Of a stretch of 64,000 nucleotides of DNA, positions 49,452 to 59,461 are shown piece after piece. The stretch is taken from sequence record KT895374.1; one strand, given 5' to 3'. Every line of letters begins with the position of its first letter. Positions within the stretch are counted from its first letter, which is position 1. Both the position numbers and the translations under genes were made by a program. The notes under the pieces were generated by a model. That model had not been told where the DNA came from, ran no database searches, and saw only the letters and a program-made list of their open reading frames with translations.

Positions 49452-49913
49452 TTATGAAATTTTTTTTTTAAGCTCTCTATTAATTTTAACTGCATATTCG
49501 TCAAATTTATCATATACCATCCTAGTAACAAATACCTCAATATCTGATACATATTTTAATAATAATTTTTTATAATCTTCTGACATTTCTTCAAGAATTT
49601 TAATTGAAACTTCTTCTGTTAGACTTCCTACATGACCATCATTAACAAAATTTCCACCCATTCTTTGATAAGGAATCATTTTAGCGTCTCTAATAGTAGT
49701 GCAGTTATATTCTATCATAAATAAAAGAAATTTAAAGTCTTTTTCAAAATCTACATTTATATCCAATGTATTAGTTTTATTAATAGGGTTAGGTTCAATT
49801 TCATTTTTAACTACTTTTTTATCAGGTATCAAAATAGCAATAAAAACAAAAACAGTAAAAACAGCAGGTGTAATTATATATAAATTTTCCATTAACATAT
49901 CATATTCCTCCAT
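49452..49913 (-). CDS. Hypothetical single-pass membrane protein
   Basis: N-terminal hydrophobic segment IITPAVFTVFVFIAILI. Confidence 0.7.
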   Translation of the reverse strand: MEEYDMLMENLYIITPAVFTVFVFIAILIPDKKVVKNEIEPNPINKTNTLDINVDFEKDFKFLLFMIEYNCTTIRDAKMIPYQRMGGNFVNDGHVGSLTEEVSIKILEEMSEDYKKLLLKYVSDIEVFVTRMVYDKFDEYAVKINRELKKKIS

Positions 49914-49942
49914 TTAAAGAGGAATATGATAGTATTCCTCTT

Positions 49943-50467
49943 TTATCTATAGTGTTCAATCAATTTATTTTTATATTCAACGGCTTTCGTATCGCTTAAT
50001 TCTTGGTAATAAATTACTGGATTTTCTTCTTTTGTAACAGCTTTACCCTTATGTCCTTTTACCCATGTAAATTTTAAGGGTATTCTGTTATTATTGAAAT
50101 AATTAATATAATTATATGTTAACATCCATAGTTTCTTATTTTTAATTTCCTCACCTGAACTACCAATCCATCCATTAGTAGACCAATTATATAACCATTC
50201 ATTACAACCTCTAATTACATAAACTGCATCTGAAATTATTTCAATTGATTTAACATTTAGTTTCTTATGATTATTGTATAAATAGTCTAATCCTGATAAA
50301 GCACCCATGAGTTCACAAAAGTCATTATTTTTTTGATCAAAACCTTTAATAACTGTGTCAATAATTTCTTCCATATTATTAGTTATAATAGCACAAGAAG
50401 TTCCAATAGCATCTTCTTTTCCATTGTGATATGATGCGGCATCTGAAAATAAAACGATATTAGTCAT
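49943..50467 (-). CDS. rnhA: Ribonuclease HI
   Basis: FSDAAS, NNDFCELMGAL, IISDAVYV, WVKGH, DTKA. Confidence 0.9.
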   Translation of the reverse strand: MTNIVLFSDAASYHNGKEDAIGTSCAIITNNMEEIIDTVIKGFDQKNNDFCELMGALSGLDYLYNNHKKLNVKSIEIISDAVYVIRGCNEWLYNWSTNGWIGSSGEEIKNKKLWMLTYNYINYFNNNRIPLKFTWVKGHKGKAVTKEENPVIYYQELSDTKAVEYKNKLIEHYR

Positions 50468-50527
50468 ATAATCATCCTTTTAGTTTATTTGAACAATATA
50501 ATATTTTATATAGAAAGGGGTAAGTCA

Positions 50528-51250
50528 ATGATTCTTCCTAAATTGAGTAACTTAAAATTAAGAGAAGAAGGTAAAAAGTATGAACACGTTATTGAAAGCA
50601 TCGAAGACAAAGCTGAACTGATTGACATAGAATTTCTAAATGATGAGAAGAAATATATAAACTACGTTAAAAAAGTAGAGAGTATTGTTAGAACTTCTAT
50701 GGAATATAAAAGCTATATTGGCTTTCTAAAAAATGAATTAGACCTTAATAAATGTACCTTTCTTCCACAAGTAGATATGAATGAAATTAAGTCAGTGGGT
50801 CTTGAAATGCATCACTATCCTTTTACATTATTTGATATTGTTAATATTGTATGTGAAAAAAGGTTACTAACACCAGCTAATTTAAATCCAATATTAATGT
50901 TAGACATAACTCCGTTTGATATTGCTGAAGAAGTAATGAAATTACACTATATGAACTATATTGGATTAGTACCTATTACTAAAACTATTCATGAATTAGC
51001 CCATTCAGGTAAAGTATTTATCAATCTAAAATACGTTTTTGGTAATTATGAAAAATTTTCTCAACTCTATGAAAATGAAATCAACATTCACTATAAGGAT
51101 GTTTTAGAAAATCTAAAATTATTAAGTAAAAAAGAAGATCTGGAAGGTACTCTTAATGGAGATATTCTAGACCGTAAGATGTTAGTTTTAAATATCAAAG
51201 ACTTAGATAAGACAGAAGCTATAAAAATTGAAGAAGAAAAATTAGCATAA
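50528..51250 (+). CDS. HNH-like fold protein (paralogue of 60335..60979)
   Basis: C...HHYPFTLFDIV...GLVPITKTIHELAHSG; start at ATG 50528; late motif at 50492-50503. Confidence 0.55.
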   Translation: MILPKLSNLKLREEGKKYEHVIESIEDKAELIDIEFLNDEKKYINYVKKVESIVRTSMEYKSYIGFLKNELDLNKCTFLPQVDMNEIKSVGLEMHHYPFTLFDIVNIVCEKRLLTPANLNPILMLDITPFDIAEEVMKLHYMNYIGLVPITKTIHELAHSGKVFINLKYVFGNYEKFSQLYENEINIHYKDVLENLKLLSKKEDLEGTLNGDILDRKMLVLNIKDLDKTEAIKIEEEKLA

Positions 51251-51278
51251 TTTGTAAAAAATTTCGAAACAATTTATT

Positions 51279-51420
51279 AGACATTGTAGGTTTGTTTAGT
51301 GAGATAAATTTATCCACAGAGTTTGTCTTCTGATCAAACCTATAATACACACCTCCTAATTTTGTACGCATTAAATTAAAGATACCTTATACTAAATTAT
51401 AGTATAAGGTATCTTTAATT
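51279..51420 (+). ncRNA. Candidate late small RNA with anti-Shine-Dalgarno tail
   Basis: Own AACA-N6-TA promoter, 12-bp closing stem, ACACCTCCT tail, terminator; no + strand ORF. Confidence 0.5.
51374..51420. terminator. Bidirectional terminator
   Basis: 21-bp perfect arms AATTAAAGATACCTTATACTA / TAGTATAAGGTATCTTTAATT. Confidence 0.8.
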
Positions 51421-51427
51421 TTATTTA

Positions 51428-51838
51428 TTATGGTAAACGATGAACGGCACTTTCAATTAGAGCTTCTACAAGTTTTTCATCAAGTTCTTCTATTTTTAGA
51501 TCTACTGTTTTAGCAATACTGTAAAAAGACTCTTTAGCTAGAGATAATTTCTGTTCACTAGTTAGATCTCCTTTAGCAGAATATACCTGTTCAACTGCTT
51601 CCGTTGCAACTTTAGCAATCTCCTTAAGAGTTTCAAATTGTTTATAAGATTTAGAAGATTTATCCTTGTAAGCAAGATTCTCTACTAGATCTAAAACTAA
51701 AGGTAAAGATGTTGAGACTTTTTTAATAGTTTGCTGAATTGCAGAATTGCTAGTACTTTTAATTAAAATGAAAATAGCAAAAAGAACCACAAGAGCAAGA
51801 GATGCAATAGATAACATATTTAAAACTGTATCAGACAT
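51428..51838 (-). CDS. Holin-like protein (LL-H-like)
   Basis: One N-terminal TM segment, SEQKLSLAKE and IESAVHRL C-terminal pattern. Confidence 0.65.
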   Translation of the reverse strand: MSDTVLNMLSIASLALVVLFAIFILIKSTSNSAIQQTIKKVSTSLPLVLDLVENLAYKDKSSKSYKQFETLKEIAKVATEAVEQVYSAKGDLTSEQKLSLAKESFYSIAKTVDLKIEELDEKLVEALIESAVHRLP

Positions 51839-51879
51839 ATAAGAACACCATCCTATTTTTATTTAATAATTTTATGTTC

Positions 51880-52536
51880 TTATCTAACGAATGTCTGAAT
51901 AGTAAATTTTTTATTTGTGAGACCACTAAGCTCATTTTTAATTGGCTCTGCATAGTTTTCAATTAGATAATCTATCTTTTCTAAGACATTAAATTTTAGT
52001 TTTCCATCAAGCATTAGATTAATATCGTTTAAACGTTTTTCTAATTCCTTAATTTCTTTTCTATTTTTCTTAAGAAAAGGAAACATTACTAAACTTTTTT
52101 TGGATTTTAAAATTGATTTTATATGATAAGCAGATTCTTTTAATGAACGTTCTATTGTTACAATACTTTTTACATCAATTCCAATTATCTTTTCTTTTAA
52201 ATTTATACTTAAATTAATTATTAAAAATTCATTAGGGAAGTCTTTCATTGATATAGAATCAAAATCAAGACTAACATCTATAGTTATAAAATTTTCATTA
52301 ACCGTTACAAAATTTTTACCTTTGCCGTACTTCTCTGTTATAAATGAAAATATCCTTCTGTTACTTTCAATAATCTTATATTTTAATAGTTCAATCTCCC
52401 TTTCAATACCTTTCATATAAAATTCGACTTCTTTAAAATCTTCCCAAAAAATATCTCTAGAATCAAGGTTGGTCCTTGATGCTAAATTTCCCATTTTTCT
52501 TAATTTCTGATCTATATCAAAGTCCTTTAATATCAT
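51880..52536 (-). CDS. Hypothetical protein
   Basis: 218 aa, SD GAGGT. Confidence 0.75.
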   Translation of the reverse strand: MILKDFDIDQKLRKMGNLASRTNLDSRDIFWEDFKEVEFYMKGIEREIELLKYKIIESNRRIFSFITEKYGKGKNFVTVNENFITIDVSLDFDSISMKDFPNEFLIINLSINLKEKIIGIDVKSIVTIERSLKESAYHIKSILKSKKSLVMFPFLKKNRKEIKELEKRLNDINLMLDGKLKFNVLEKIDYLIENYAEPIKNELSGLTNKKFTIQTFVR

Positions 52537-52583
52537 TAATATACCTCTTTTCTTTTATTTTGAAAAAAAGATAAAGGGCTACT

Positions 52584-52895
52584 TTATCTTTGATAAATAA
52601 TGCTAGTATTTTTTGTTTGTATTCTTGGAAAAATATAAAAATTTAATATCGAAAGAAAATCGATACTTTTGTCTTTTTGAAATAAGTCACCTATTAAGTG
52701 ATAAAACTTTTTAGATTCGTCCTCTAGTAATATTATATCATTTTTAATTTTTTCTTTTATACAGAATAAATCAGTGGTAGTAATATCATATTTCTTTAAA
52801 GAGATTTCCATATGAAAACTTTTATCTATTGCATCCAAAGCCTTTTCTCGGACATTGTTAACATCAATACTTATAACAGCTTTCAAAACACTCAT
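52584..52895 (-). CDS. Hypothetical protein
   Basis: 103 aa, SD AAGGAG. Confidence 0.7.
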   Translation of the reverse strand: MSVLKAVISIDVNNVREKALDAIDKSFHMEISLKKYDITTTDLFCIKEKIKNDIILLEDESKKFYHLIGDLFQKDKSIDFLSILNFYIFPRIQTKNTSIIYQR

Positions 52896-52900
52896 CTCCT

Positions 52901-53512
52901 TTAAAGTTGTTTTGCCACTAGATAAGATAACTTATTAGCTACCAAAAGACGGTTTTCTAATTCTTCTTTAAGCTTAGTTTTTAATTCTTTTTCTAATCTT
53001 TTAATCTCACTTTCTTCACTGTAAACAAAGAAAGCAATAAGATCTTTTTTATCTACATTTGCTTTAATTTTATTAATTGAATTAGTAGATAATTTTCTTT
53101 TTCCGTTATTCCAATAAACTAATTTTGGATTTTTCTTCATTATTCTTTCTTTCAGATATTCATTGAAATCCTCTTCTGTTACATTTTTTACTTTTCCTTC
53201 TCTAACTTCTTTTATAAATTTTTCAAAGCTAATAGATTTTCTTTCAAATTTTATAATATTCTCGATATAATAACTAAAAGTTTTATAAAATTCTCTTCGT
53301 TGTAAAAATCTAGCTAAACCTTCAAATGTTTTATAATTATCTAAGTATTCCTTTGAAATAAATTTCTTATTATCTTCATATTCTACTTCAATCTCTTTAA
53401 TAGAACTATTAATTTCCATTCCTTCAGTACTATCAATTTCTTCTAGAAATTTATTAAATCTTTTTTTATTAATATTTAATTCTAGTTCTATTTTGTAAAG
53501 TTTGTTACTCAT
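52901..53512 (-). CDS. Hypothetical protein
   Basis: Start reassigned to MSNKLY with SD GAGGATGGGA. Confidence 0.7.
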   Translation of the reverse strand: MSNKLYKIELELNINKKRFNKFLEEIDSTEGMEINSSIKEIEVEYEDNKKFISKEYLDNYKTFEGLARFLQRREFYKTFSYYIENIIKFERKSISFEKFIKEVREGKVKNVTEEDFNEYLKERIMKKNPKLVYWNNGKRKLSTNSINKIKANVDKKDLIAFFVYSEESEIKRLEKELKTKLKEELENRLLVANKLSYLVAKQL

Positions 53513-53647
53513 ATTTTTATCCCATCCTCTAAAATTTTCTTTTTCAAAATAATAATATATATTTATACGATTGTTAAACATTTATAAATATTTTATTGAA
53601 TAATAAATCTCAATAACTCATTTTTTTATGAGTTATTGAGATATTTT

Positions 53648-54868
53648 CTATTCGATGTACTTACTGATATCAAATTCTACTACCTTTAATGATGTATCAT
53701 GAAAGGCTTTTAATGCCGCATTCAGTAGTGATGTTCCAATACGGTTAGATAGAATACCAATATTAGTGATACCTAACATGTAATATAACTCACCAGAGCA
53801 TTTACTACAATATTTTTCTGACGTACAGTACATAGGAGTTCTAAAATTAAGAAATCTACCTACATATTCATTTATATTATCTGAAGTTAATAATGTTAAC
53901 TTACCATTTGGTTCTACAATATATCTATACATAAACATGTTGATATTACTCTTTTCTAATTTAAAACCAATAGTCTTTTTAGTTCTACAGTCAGAACCTT
54001 CTTTATCTAATACAATATTCTGGAATGCGGCAGAAAGTTTCTTAGACTCATAACCCCCCTCACGAGTACCAACTGCTCTAGAATATGATGCTTGTGTAAT
54101 AGTATCAGCATAATATTGTAGTTCATCTCCAGGAATTCCTTCCATAAGAGACTTAGTAGAAATAAATACCTTTGAAGGGTCTGCTAAGTTTTTAATTGCG
54201 CCTCTTAACAATGACGAGTTTTTGTAATTATTTCCAAAACTTCCCCGACCACCACTATCGTATATCTGTAAATCAGGGATATCTTTAATTCTTTTTTTAG
54301 CATCAGCAATTAATTCTTTTTCAATTTTATTAATTGTAATTAAATCACCTGAATCAATTTCTTTTTTATACTTTTGAATTAAATCTTTCTTAAGTTCTTT
54401 TGTTTCTTTAGGTGGTTCTAATAGATCATATGTTAATGAAGAGTTAATGAATTTAGAAGAAATAAATCCTAACCATTGCATTTTATCAATATAATCGGAA
54501 AATTCTTTAACTGTTACTTTGTCTTCTAAAAGGTATTCAGATAATTCATTTTCCAATTTATTAATACCTCCACCATCCATAGGAGTATTAATATAACCAG
54601 TATGTTTTAATAAAGCATCTGATAAAATAAATCTATTAAAAATATACCTACCGACAGTAGTTTTAATAGACATTTTATTATAAAGCTTTCCTTTTGGAAG
54701 ATTAAAAAAGTCATTAGGTTTAAACATAGCCTTTGTATTCTTTTTATCTGCAAATAATTTCTCTAACATTTTTAAATCAATATCTTTTTCTTTTAGAGAA
54801 AATAAAAAATTTTTTTCATCTTCTATCAACAAACGAGGTCTTTCCACCTTTTGCATAAAAATACTCAC
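53648..54868 (-). CDS. RNA polymerase beta'-like C-terminal subunit (probably virion RNAP)
   Basis: SRAVGTREGGYESKKLSAAFQNIVL..DC.T (bridge helix), RTPMYC..YCSKCSGEL, NIGIL..LLNAALKAFH (trigger-loop region); late motif at 54883-54894. Confidence 0.88.
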   Translation of the reverse strand: MSIFMQKVERPRLLIEDEKNFLFSLKEKDIDLKMLEKLFADKKNTKAMFKPNDFFNLPKGKLYNKMSIKTTVGRYIFNRFILSDALLKHTGYINTPMDGGGINKLENELSEYLLEDKVTVKEFSDYIDKMQWLGFISSKFINSSLTYDLLEPPKETKELKKDLIQKYKKEIDSGDLITINKIEKELIADAKKRIKDIPDLQIYDSGGRGSFGNNYKNSSLLRGAIKNLADPSKVFISTKSLMEGIPGDELQYYADTITQASYSRAVGTREGGYESKKLSAAFQNIVLDKEGSDCRTKKTIGFKLEKSNINMFMYRYIVEPNGKLTLLTSDNINEYVGRFLNFRTPMYCTSEKYCSKCSGELYYMLGITNIGILSNRIGTSLLNAALKAFHDTSLKVVEFDISKYIE

Positions 54869-54987
54869 TTCCCTCTTTATTATAATATAATGTTTATCAT
54901 TTGTCTAAACCGTATCAAAAAATTGAATTAAATATATATTATATTTATGATAATCAAGAGAAAATAAAAGAAAAGAGGAGTAAAACT

Positions 54988-55665
54988 ATGGGTATTGATG
55001 ATAGAATTATAAAAATGATTAACTCTCTAAATGATCAAGATATTAGTAAACAAGATATAAGGAATGAATTAAAGAGTAGTGAAAAATTTGTAAAATTTCT
55101 ATGTACCATGAAAGAGAAAACAGAGAAACATTCAATCTTTACAGGAAAATATTTGGTTGAAATTAATCAAAAAACCTATAATGTAATATTAGATTTTGAC
55201 TCTAGTAGTATTACCATCACTGTTAATAATGGAGAAAAGAGAAGAATTAGCAAATTTTCAAAGAAAGAATTTTTAAAAAGATCTTATACTGTAAATAATT
55301 TTAAAATAGATCCTGAAGAAAATTTTTACAGTGTTTTTAATGAATTTATGGAGGATATTCTATCAGAAGGTCAATTTGAAGAAAATGATAGAGATTACTA
55401 TATTAGTTTTAAAGAAATGATTAATGAAGAATTTGAAAGAAAAATGATTCATACAGATAATAATGAAAAAAGATCGTATGATAAATTCTCATTAAATGAT
55501 ATTCTAAATTTTATTCAAAGGGTAATGTATAATAATAAAATTATGAAAATCGATAAAAAAGAAAAATTTGTTTATAATAGTTTAATCACTCATCTATTTA
55601 CGATCATGAAAAATACAGAAGATGCTAGAGAATGGGAAATAAATCATCTTGGCAAATCCATCTAA
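54988..55665 (+). CDS. Hypothetical protein (putative early gene)
   Basis: SD GAGGAG, ATATATTAT at 54934-54942. Confidence 0.75.
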   Translation: MGIDDRIIKMINSLNDQDISKQDIRNELKSSEKFVKFLCTMKEKTEKHSIFTGKYLVEINQKTYNVILDFDSSSITITVNNGEKRRISKFSKKEFLKRSYTVNNFKIDPEENFYSVFNEFMEDILSEGQFEENDRDYYISFKEMINEEFERKMIHTDNNEKRSYDKFSLNDILNFIQRVMYNNKIMKIDKKEKFVYNSLITHLFTIMKNTEDAREWEINHLGKSI

Positions 55666-55698
55666 TATGATTAATTCTATCATAGGGGTGATATATAA

Positions 55699-56049
55699 AT
55701 GATGGAAGGTATTATGGATTTTAAAGCTCAAAAACAAATAAGAAGTCATATAAATGGATTAATAAGACAACAGCATGTTCCAGAAGATTTTTTAAGGGAA
55801 TTTTCACAATTTATTAACTGGGTACTAGTATCTAATTACCAAAATCTATCTGAAGATTTTATAGAAGAATATGCAGATAAAGTTGATTGGAGTGGTATAG
55901 CTTCCAAGCAAAATATCTCATTATCATTTATTTCTAGAAATCTTGATAGATTTGAAATATCGGATTTTCAATTTTTTAAAATTAATAATCACTTAGACAA
56001 GGATTCAATTAATAAAATTGAAACTTTACTTAAGATAAATAGTATATGA
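55699..56049 (+). CDS. Hypothetical protein with LSEDFIEEYADKVDW-type repeats
   Basis: Trp-containing short repeat, shared with 56352..56624. Confidence 0.7.
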   Translation: MMEGIMDFKAQKQIRSHINGLIRQQHVPEDFLREFSQFINWVLVSNYQNLSEDFIEEYADKVDWSGIASKQNISLSFISRNLDRFEISDFQFFKINNHLDKDSINKIETLLKINSI

Positions 56050-56066
56050 ATTGGAGGAAATAATCA

Positions 56067-56336
56067 ATGAATAAAAATGAAAAATTAGTTAATAAATTAA
56101 ATACTTTAATTTACTGGAAACGCTTTTATTATCGATCAATTAAAAATCATTTGGAAATTTTAATTAATACAAAGAATAAGACTGATGATTTATTAATTCA
56201 GATAAAACAATTAGAATCTGACATTATTAATTTTGATAATGAGATAAAAGAATATGAATTGATTTTAGATAAAATTAATAATGGTGAAAGTATAAGTAAA
56301 GAGAAAGCTGAAGAAATCTTGAAAATTGGGGTCTAG
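56067..56336 (+). CDS. Hypothetical protein
   Basis: SD GGAGG, coiled-coil-like. Confidence 0.75.
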   Translation: MNKNEKLVNKLNTLIYWKRFYYRSIKNHLEILINTKNKTDDLLIQIKQLESDIINFDNEIKEYELILDKINNGESISKEKAEEILKIGV

Positions 56337-56351
56337 GGGGGTTAAAACCTA

Positions 56352-56624
56352 GTGATTAATACAATCAAAGATCTAAAAGAAAAATATGGAAATAATATTA
56401 ATAATTATGACTGGAATAAGATTTCAAAAGATGAAGAATTGTCTGAAAAATTTATGATTGATAATAGATATAAACTAAATTGGAATTTAATTTCTGTTTA
56501 TCAAAAATTAACTTTAGATTTTATTGAATTGAATTCTGATTTAGTAAATATGTCTTATATTGTTGATTATCAAGAACTCGATAGTAATACTATAAGCATG
56601 TTAAAATCTAAATATAACGTCTAA
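56352..56624 (+). CDS. Hypothetical protein with LSEKFMID..LNW repeats
   Basis: GTG start with SD GGGGG; related to 55699..56049. Confidence 0.7.
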   Translation: MINTIKDLKEKYGNNINNYDWNKISKDEELSEKFMIDNRYKLNWNLISVYQKLTLDFIELNSDLVNMSYIVDYQELDSNTISMLKSKYNV

Positions 56625-56646
56625 ATAAAGAAATGGGGAAAAGTAA

Positions 56647-57291
56647 ATGAATAACTTTTTGAGTATTATTGCAAGTAAAATAAGAAGAGATGAAGGTCTA
56701 TCCTTCAATCAATCTAGAGAGTTTTTAGTTGAGCTTTATTACACTAGATCTCAATTTAGAAGTTTTATTAATAATTTTATTAATAGAGAAGAAACTTCTG
56801 AAACAAACATTACGGTCTTGCATGTAGATAAATATGAAGGACCTTTTAAATTAGAATTTATAAGAGATACAGGGCAAAAAAACTTACTAACAGTAGTTGT
56901 AATTGGTAATAGTTTTGGAGGATATCGTACTGATATTATTTTTAAAGATGATGAAATTGAAAACGTTGATATTCCAGACATCAAAGAAATCAATAGCAAT
57001 GAATATCTCTGGAATAAATTTAATAGAATTCTTAATGATGAAGAATATAAAGACCTAAATCCTAAAATTCTTGAAATTGTTAATTCGACTATTTATAGTT
57101 ACGAGATTGGCAAAGAATATTTTGATTATGTTACTTTTAGAGACATATTGGGTCTGCTTAATGATTATTATAATGGTGAAGTTTTAAATACAAAAAGATT
57201 TGATCTTCAACTAGATTTAGGTCTAGATGAATTTGAAAAAGCAAAATTATTTATTAGAGATCTTAAAGAGAAGATGTTAGGCACTATTTAA
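56647..57291 (+). CDS. Hypothetical protein
   Basis: 214 aa, SD GGGGA. Confidence 0.75.
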   Translation: MNNFLSIIASKIRRDEGLSFNQSREFLVELYYTRSQFRSFINNFINREETSETNITVLHVDKYEGPFKLEFIRDTGQKNLLTVVVIGNSFGGYRTDIIFKDDEIENVDIPDIKEINSNEYLWNKFNRILNDEEYKDLNPKILEIVNSTIYSYEIGKEYFDYVTFRDILGLLNDYYNGEVLNTKRFDLQLDLGLDEFEKAKLFIRDLKEKMLGTI

Positions 57292-57366
57292 AGACATATA
57301 AGGGATAAGATTATCTTATCCCTTATATAAATAGAAAATCAATTAGAGTTGAGGGGAATTTTAAAA

Positions 57367-57588
57367 ATGCTAGTATTAGATAAAATTGCGGAATACCTTA
57401 TGAAAAAACATGAATTAGACAGACATACTCTTAAATTATTGAAGGAAACATTATCTTTTAATTACAATCAAATAAAAGATTACCAAATTAAAATTGAAAG
57501 CTTAGATCAGAAACTAAGGGGTGTTAGTGATGTTAAAGAAGAAGAATCATTACTAGAAGAGTTTCTTGAATCTCCAGCTTTTAATTAA
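57367..57588 (+). CDS. Hypothetical protein
   Basis: Start reassigned to ATG 57367 with SD GAGGGG. Confidence 0.7.
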   Translation: MLVLDKIAEYLMKKHELDRHTLKLLKETLSFNYNQIKDYQIKIESLDQKLRGVSDVKEEESLLEEFLESPAFN

Positions 57589-57611
57589 TTAAAATAAGGG
57601 GGATGATTTTG

Positions 57612-57761
57612 ATGGATAAAAAATTAAATAACTTTTTAGATGAATTATCTCGTGAAGAAATTGAAGCTATTAAACAAGAAGCAAAAGATCTTAATTTTGA
57701 AGAGATTGCGTTACTATTGCTGTTAGCATCAAGTGAAGAAGATGAAGAAAAATATGAGTAA
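57612..57761 (+). CDS. Small acidic protein (49 aa), not in the ORF track
   Basis: SD AGGGGGA; MDKKLNNFLDELSREEIEAIKQEAKDLNFEEIALLLLLASSEEDEEKYE. Confidence 0.65.
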   Translation: MDKKLNNFLDELSREEIEAIKQEAKDLNFEEIALLLLLASSEEDEEKYE

Positions 57762-57834
57762 GAGAAGATTCTACTCATTCATTTGTGTCAGCTTACTGAT
57801 TTCTATTGCTGGTTTTATTAATGTATTTTTTTAA
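57754..57834 (+). CDS. Putative 26-aa membrane peptide
   Basis: MSKRRFYSFICVSLLISIAGFINVFF; 8-nt overlap with the upstream stop; terminator follows. Confidence 0.45.
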   Translation: MSKRRFYSFICVSLLISIAGFINVFF

Positions 57835-57845
57835 AAATTAATGTC

Positions 57846-57885
57846 TAAATCCTATTCTTTTGCATATAATTAAGAATAGGATTTA
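57846..57885. terminator. Inverted repeat / terminator
   Basis: 14-bp arms TAAATCCTATTCTT / AAGAATAGGATTTA. Confidence 0.65.
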
Positions 57886-57975
57886 GTTCATATATTATCA
57901 ACAAGAATCTCTAAAAGTTGAAGGTGTTCTCCTTCAATCATCTTAGAAGTAAGCAATATTAAACTAAGGGAGAGA

Positions 57976-58380
57976 TTGTCCGTGTCAATTATGATATGTA
58001 AAAATGATATTATTTCAGATAATATCAATAGAGGTGATGTGATATTAAAACGTAATAATGAAGTAATAAAACTTGTTAGTTCAACAAAAATAAATAATTT
58101 AACAGATGAAACAAAATTGTCAAATTATAGTCCAAATGTGTTTGAAAAAGTAATTGAAGAGAATAGATCAACATTGGTTAAAACTGCAGTAGAAGAAATA
58201 ATAATTAATAATGTAAAAGTCCAAGAGATAATGAAGCATCTAGAATTAAAAAATCGTGACCAAGTAGTAAGTATAATTATAACTACCAATTTAAGAATAA
58301 CTATATTTCCTAATAATGATCTAGTTATTATTAGAGATGGAGATGTTTTTGAATTGAATCTTAATAAATATTTCTCATAG
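57976..58380 (+). CDS. Hypothetical protein (putative early gene)
   Basis: TTG start, SD AAGGGAG, ATATATTAT at 57890-57898. Confidence 0.7.
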   Translation: MSVSIMICKNDIISDNINRGDVILKRNNEVIKLVSSTKINNLTDETKLSNYSPNVFEKVIEENRSTLVKTAVEEIIINNVKVQEIMKHLELKNRDQVVSIIITTNLRITIFPNNDLVIIRDGDVFELNLNKYFS

Positions 58381-58398
58381 TAGGAGGATTTCTTTTTA

Positions 58399-58776
58399 AT
58401 GAAAAAAATTAATTGTATAGTCAGATCTGGAAATGATGCAAATAAAACCTTTCCTGTAGAAATTGAATCAACTAAAAATGTACCGTATATTTTTAGACAG
58501 GAAAGATCAATCCTAAGAGAGATCCTAAAAAAGCTAGACAAGATAAATGAGGAAGAAATTGAAGAACTGCTAAACAGTAAGGAATTCTACGAACTAATCT
58601 ACAAAATTAACGATCAAGATACTAAACAAGTTTACTCCGTTATCTTTGATTCTTTCAACCCTCCAATTTTTATCACCATTCGAGTATTTGAAAAAAGAGA
58701 TATTGTAAGATATATAACTTTTAACGATCAAGAAGAAATCCAATATATTATCAGAGGTGGCGGTTTTATTGAATAA
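58399..58776 (+). CDS. Hypothetical protein
   Basis: SD AGGAGG. Confidence 0.75.
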   Translation: MKKINCIVRSGNDANKTFPVEIESTKNVPYIFRQERSILREILKKLDKINEEEIEELLNSKEFYELIYKINDQDTKQVYSVIFDSFNPPIFITIRVFEKRDIVRYITFNDQEEIQYIIRGGGFIE

Positions 58777-59449
58777 TCGTTTTAGACTGTTTTTAACTGA
58801 TGAGTATCTTGATAAAGTTATAAAAGAAGCGAATATAACAAATTTAGAAAAAGAAAGATCTCTTAGAGCCTTAAAAGCTCTAAGAGATACTAATTTAAGC
58901 TTAACAGAGATATCAAAGAAATTTGAAATTGAAAAGAGTTTAACTAGATCTCTTAATGATAGTTTAGAAAAAAGAACTGGAATTAAGAGATCAAATTTTA
59001 TTAATATTAGTGATAGGAGCTTAGTCTTATCAGCCTTAGATAGCGTTAATCCATTAGGCATGTTAAAAGGTTTAATTTTGTCTAGAGATACTAGAATGGA
59101 TGTCGAAACTATATGTAAGCATTTAAAACTAGATAAATTAGAATTAATAGAATTAAGAAATAAATGTTACCTATATCAATCCAATGATAAGCATAATTAT
59201 ATTATAATTAAGACATCTAATAAATTGCCATTTAAAATTATTGGTGAAGTAGGTATCCGAAGAATACTAAAAGGAAACTTACTAACAATGGAGTTTCTTA
59301 ACAATTGGAAGTCTATGAATTTGGATTTTAATGAAAATGATGACTGGATTGAATTTGTAGAAAATGAAAAATCTAACACTATAAATTATTTACCTTTTAA
59401 AATATTTATTGACTCTGTAAAAAGAAAGAAAAAAATAAAAGCCCTATAA
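58757..59449 (+). CDS. Hypothetical protein, possible HTH DNA-binding
   Basis: NLSLTEISKKFEI and DVETICKHLKL HTH-like segments; the true start may be slightly downstream. Confidence 0.55.
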   Translation: MAVLLNNRFRLFLTDEYLDKVIKEANITNLEKERSLRALKALRDTNLSLTEISKKFEIEKSLTRSLNDSLEKRTGIKRSNFINISDRSLVLSALDSVNPLGMLKGLILSRDTRMDVETICKHLKLDKLELIELRNKCYLYQSNDKHNYIIIKTSNKLPFKIIGEVGIRRILKGNLLTMEFLNNWKSMNLDFNENDDWIEFVENEKSNTINYLPFKIFIDSVKRKKKIKAL

Positions 59450-59461
59450 GGTGGGATAAAT

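Noticed and set aside
51220-51357. Minus-strand 43-codon ORF behind AGGAGGT (type I toxin-like)
   Set aside because: The GTG abuts the SD with no spacing, and a strong terminator lies immediately upstream on that strand; the + strand sRNA reading fits better.
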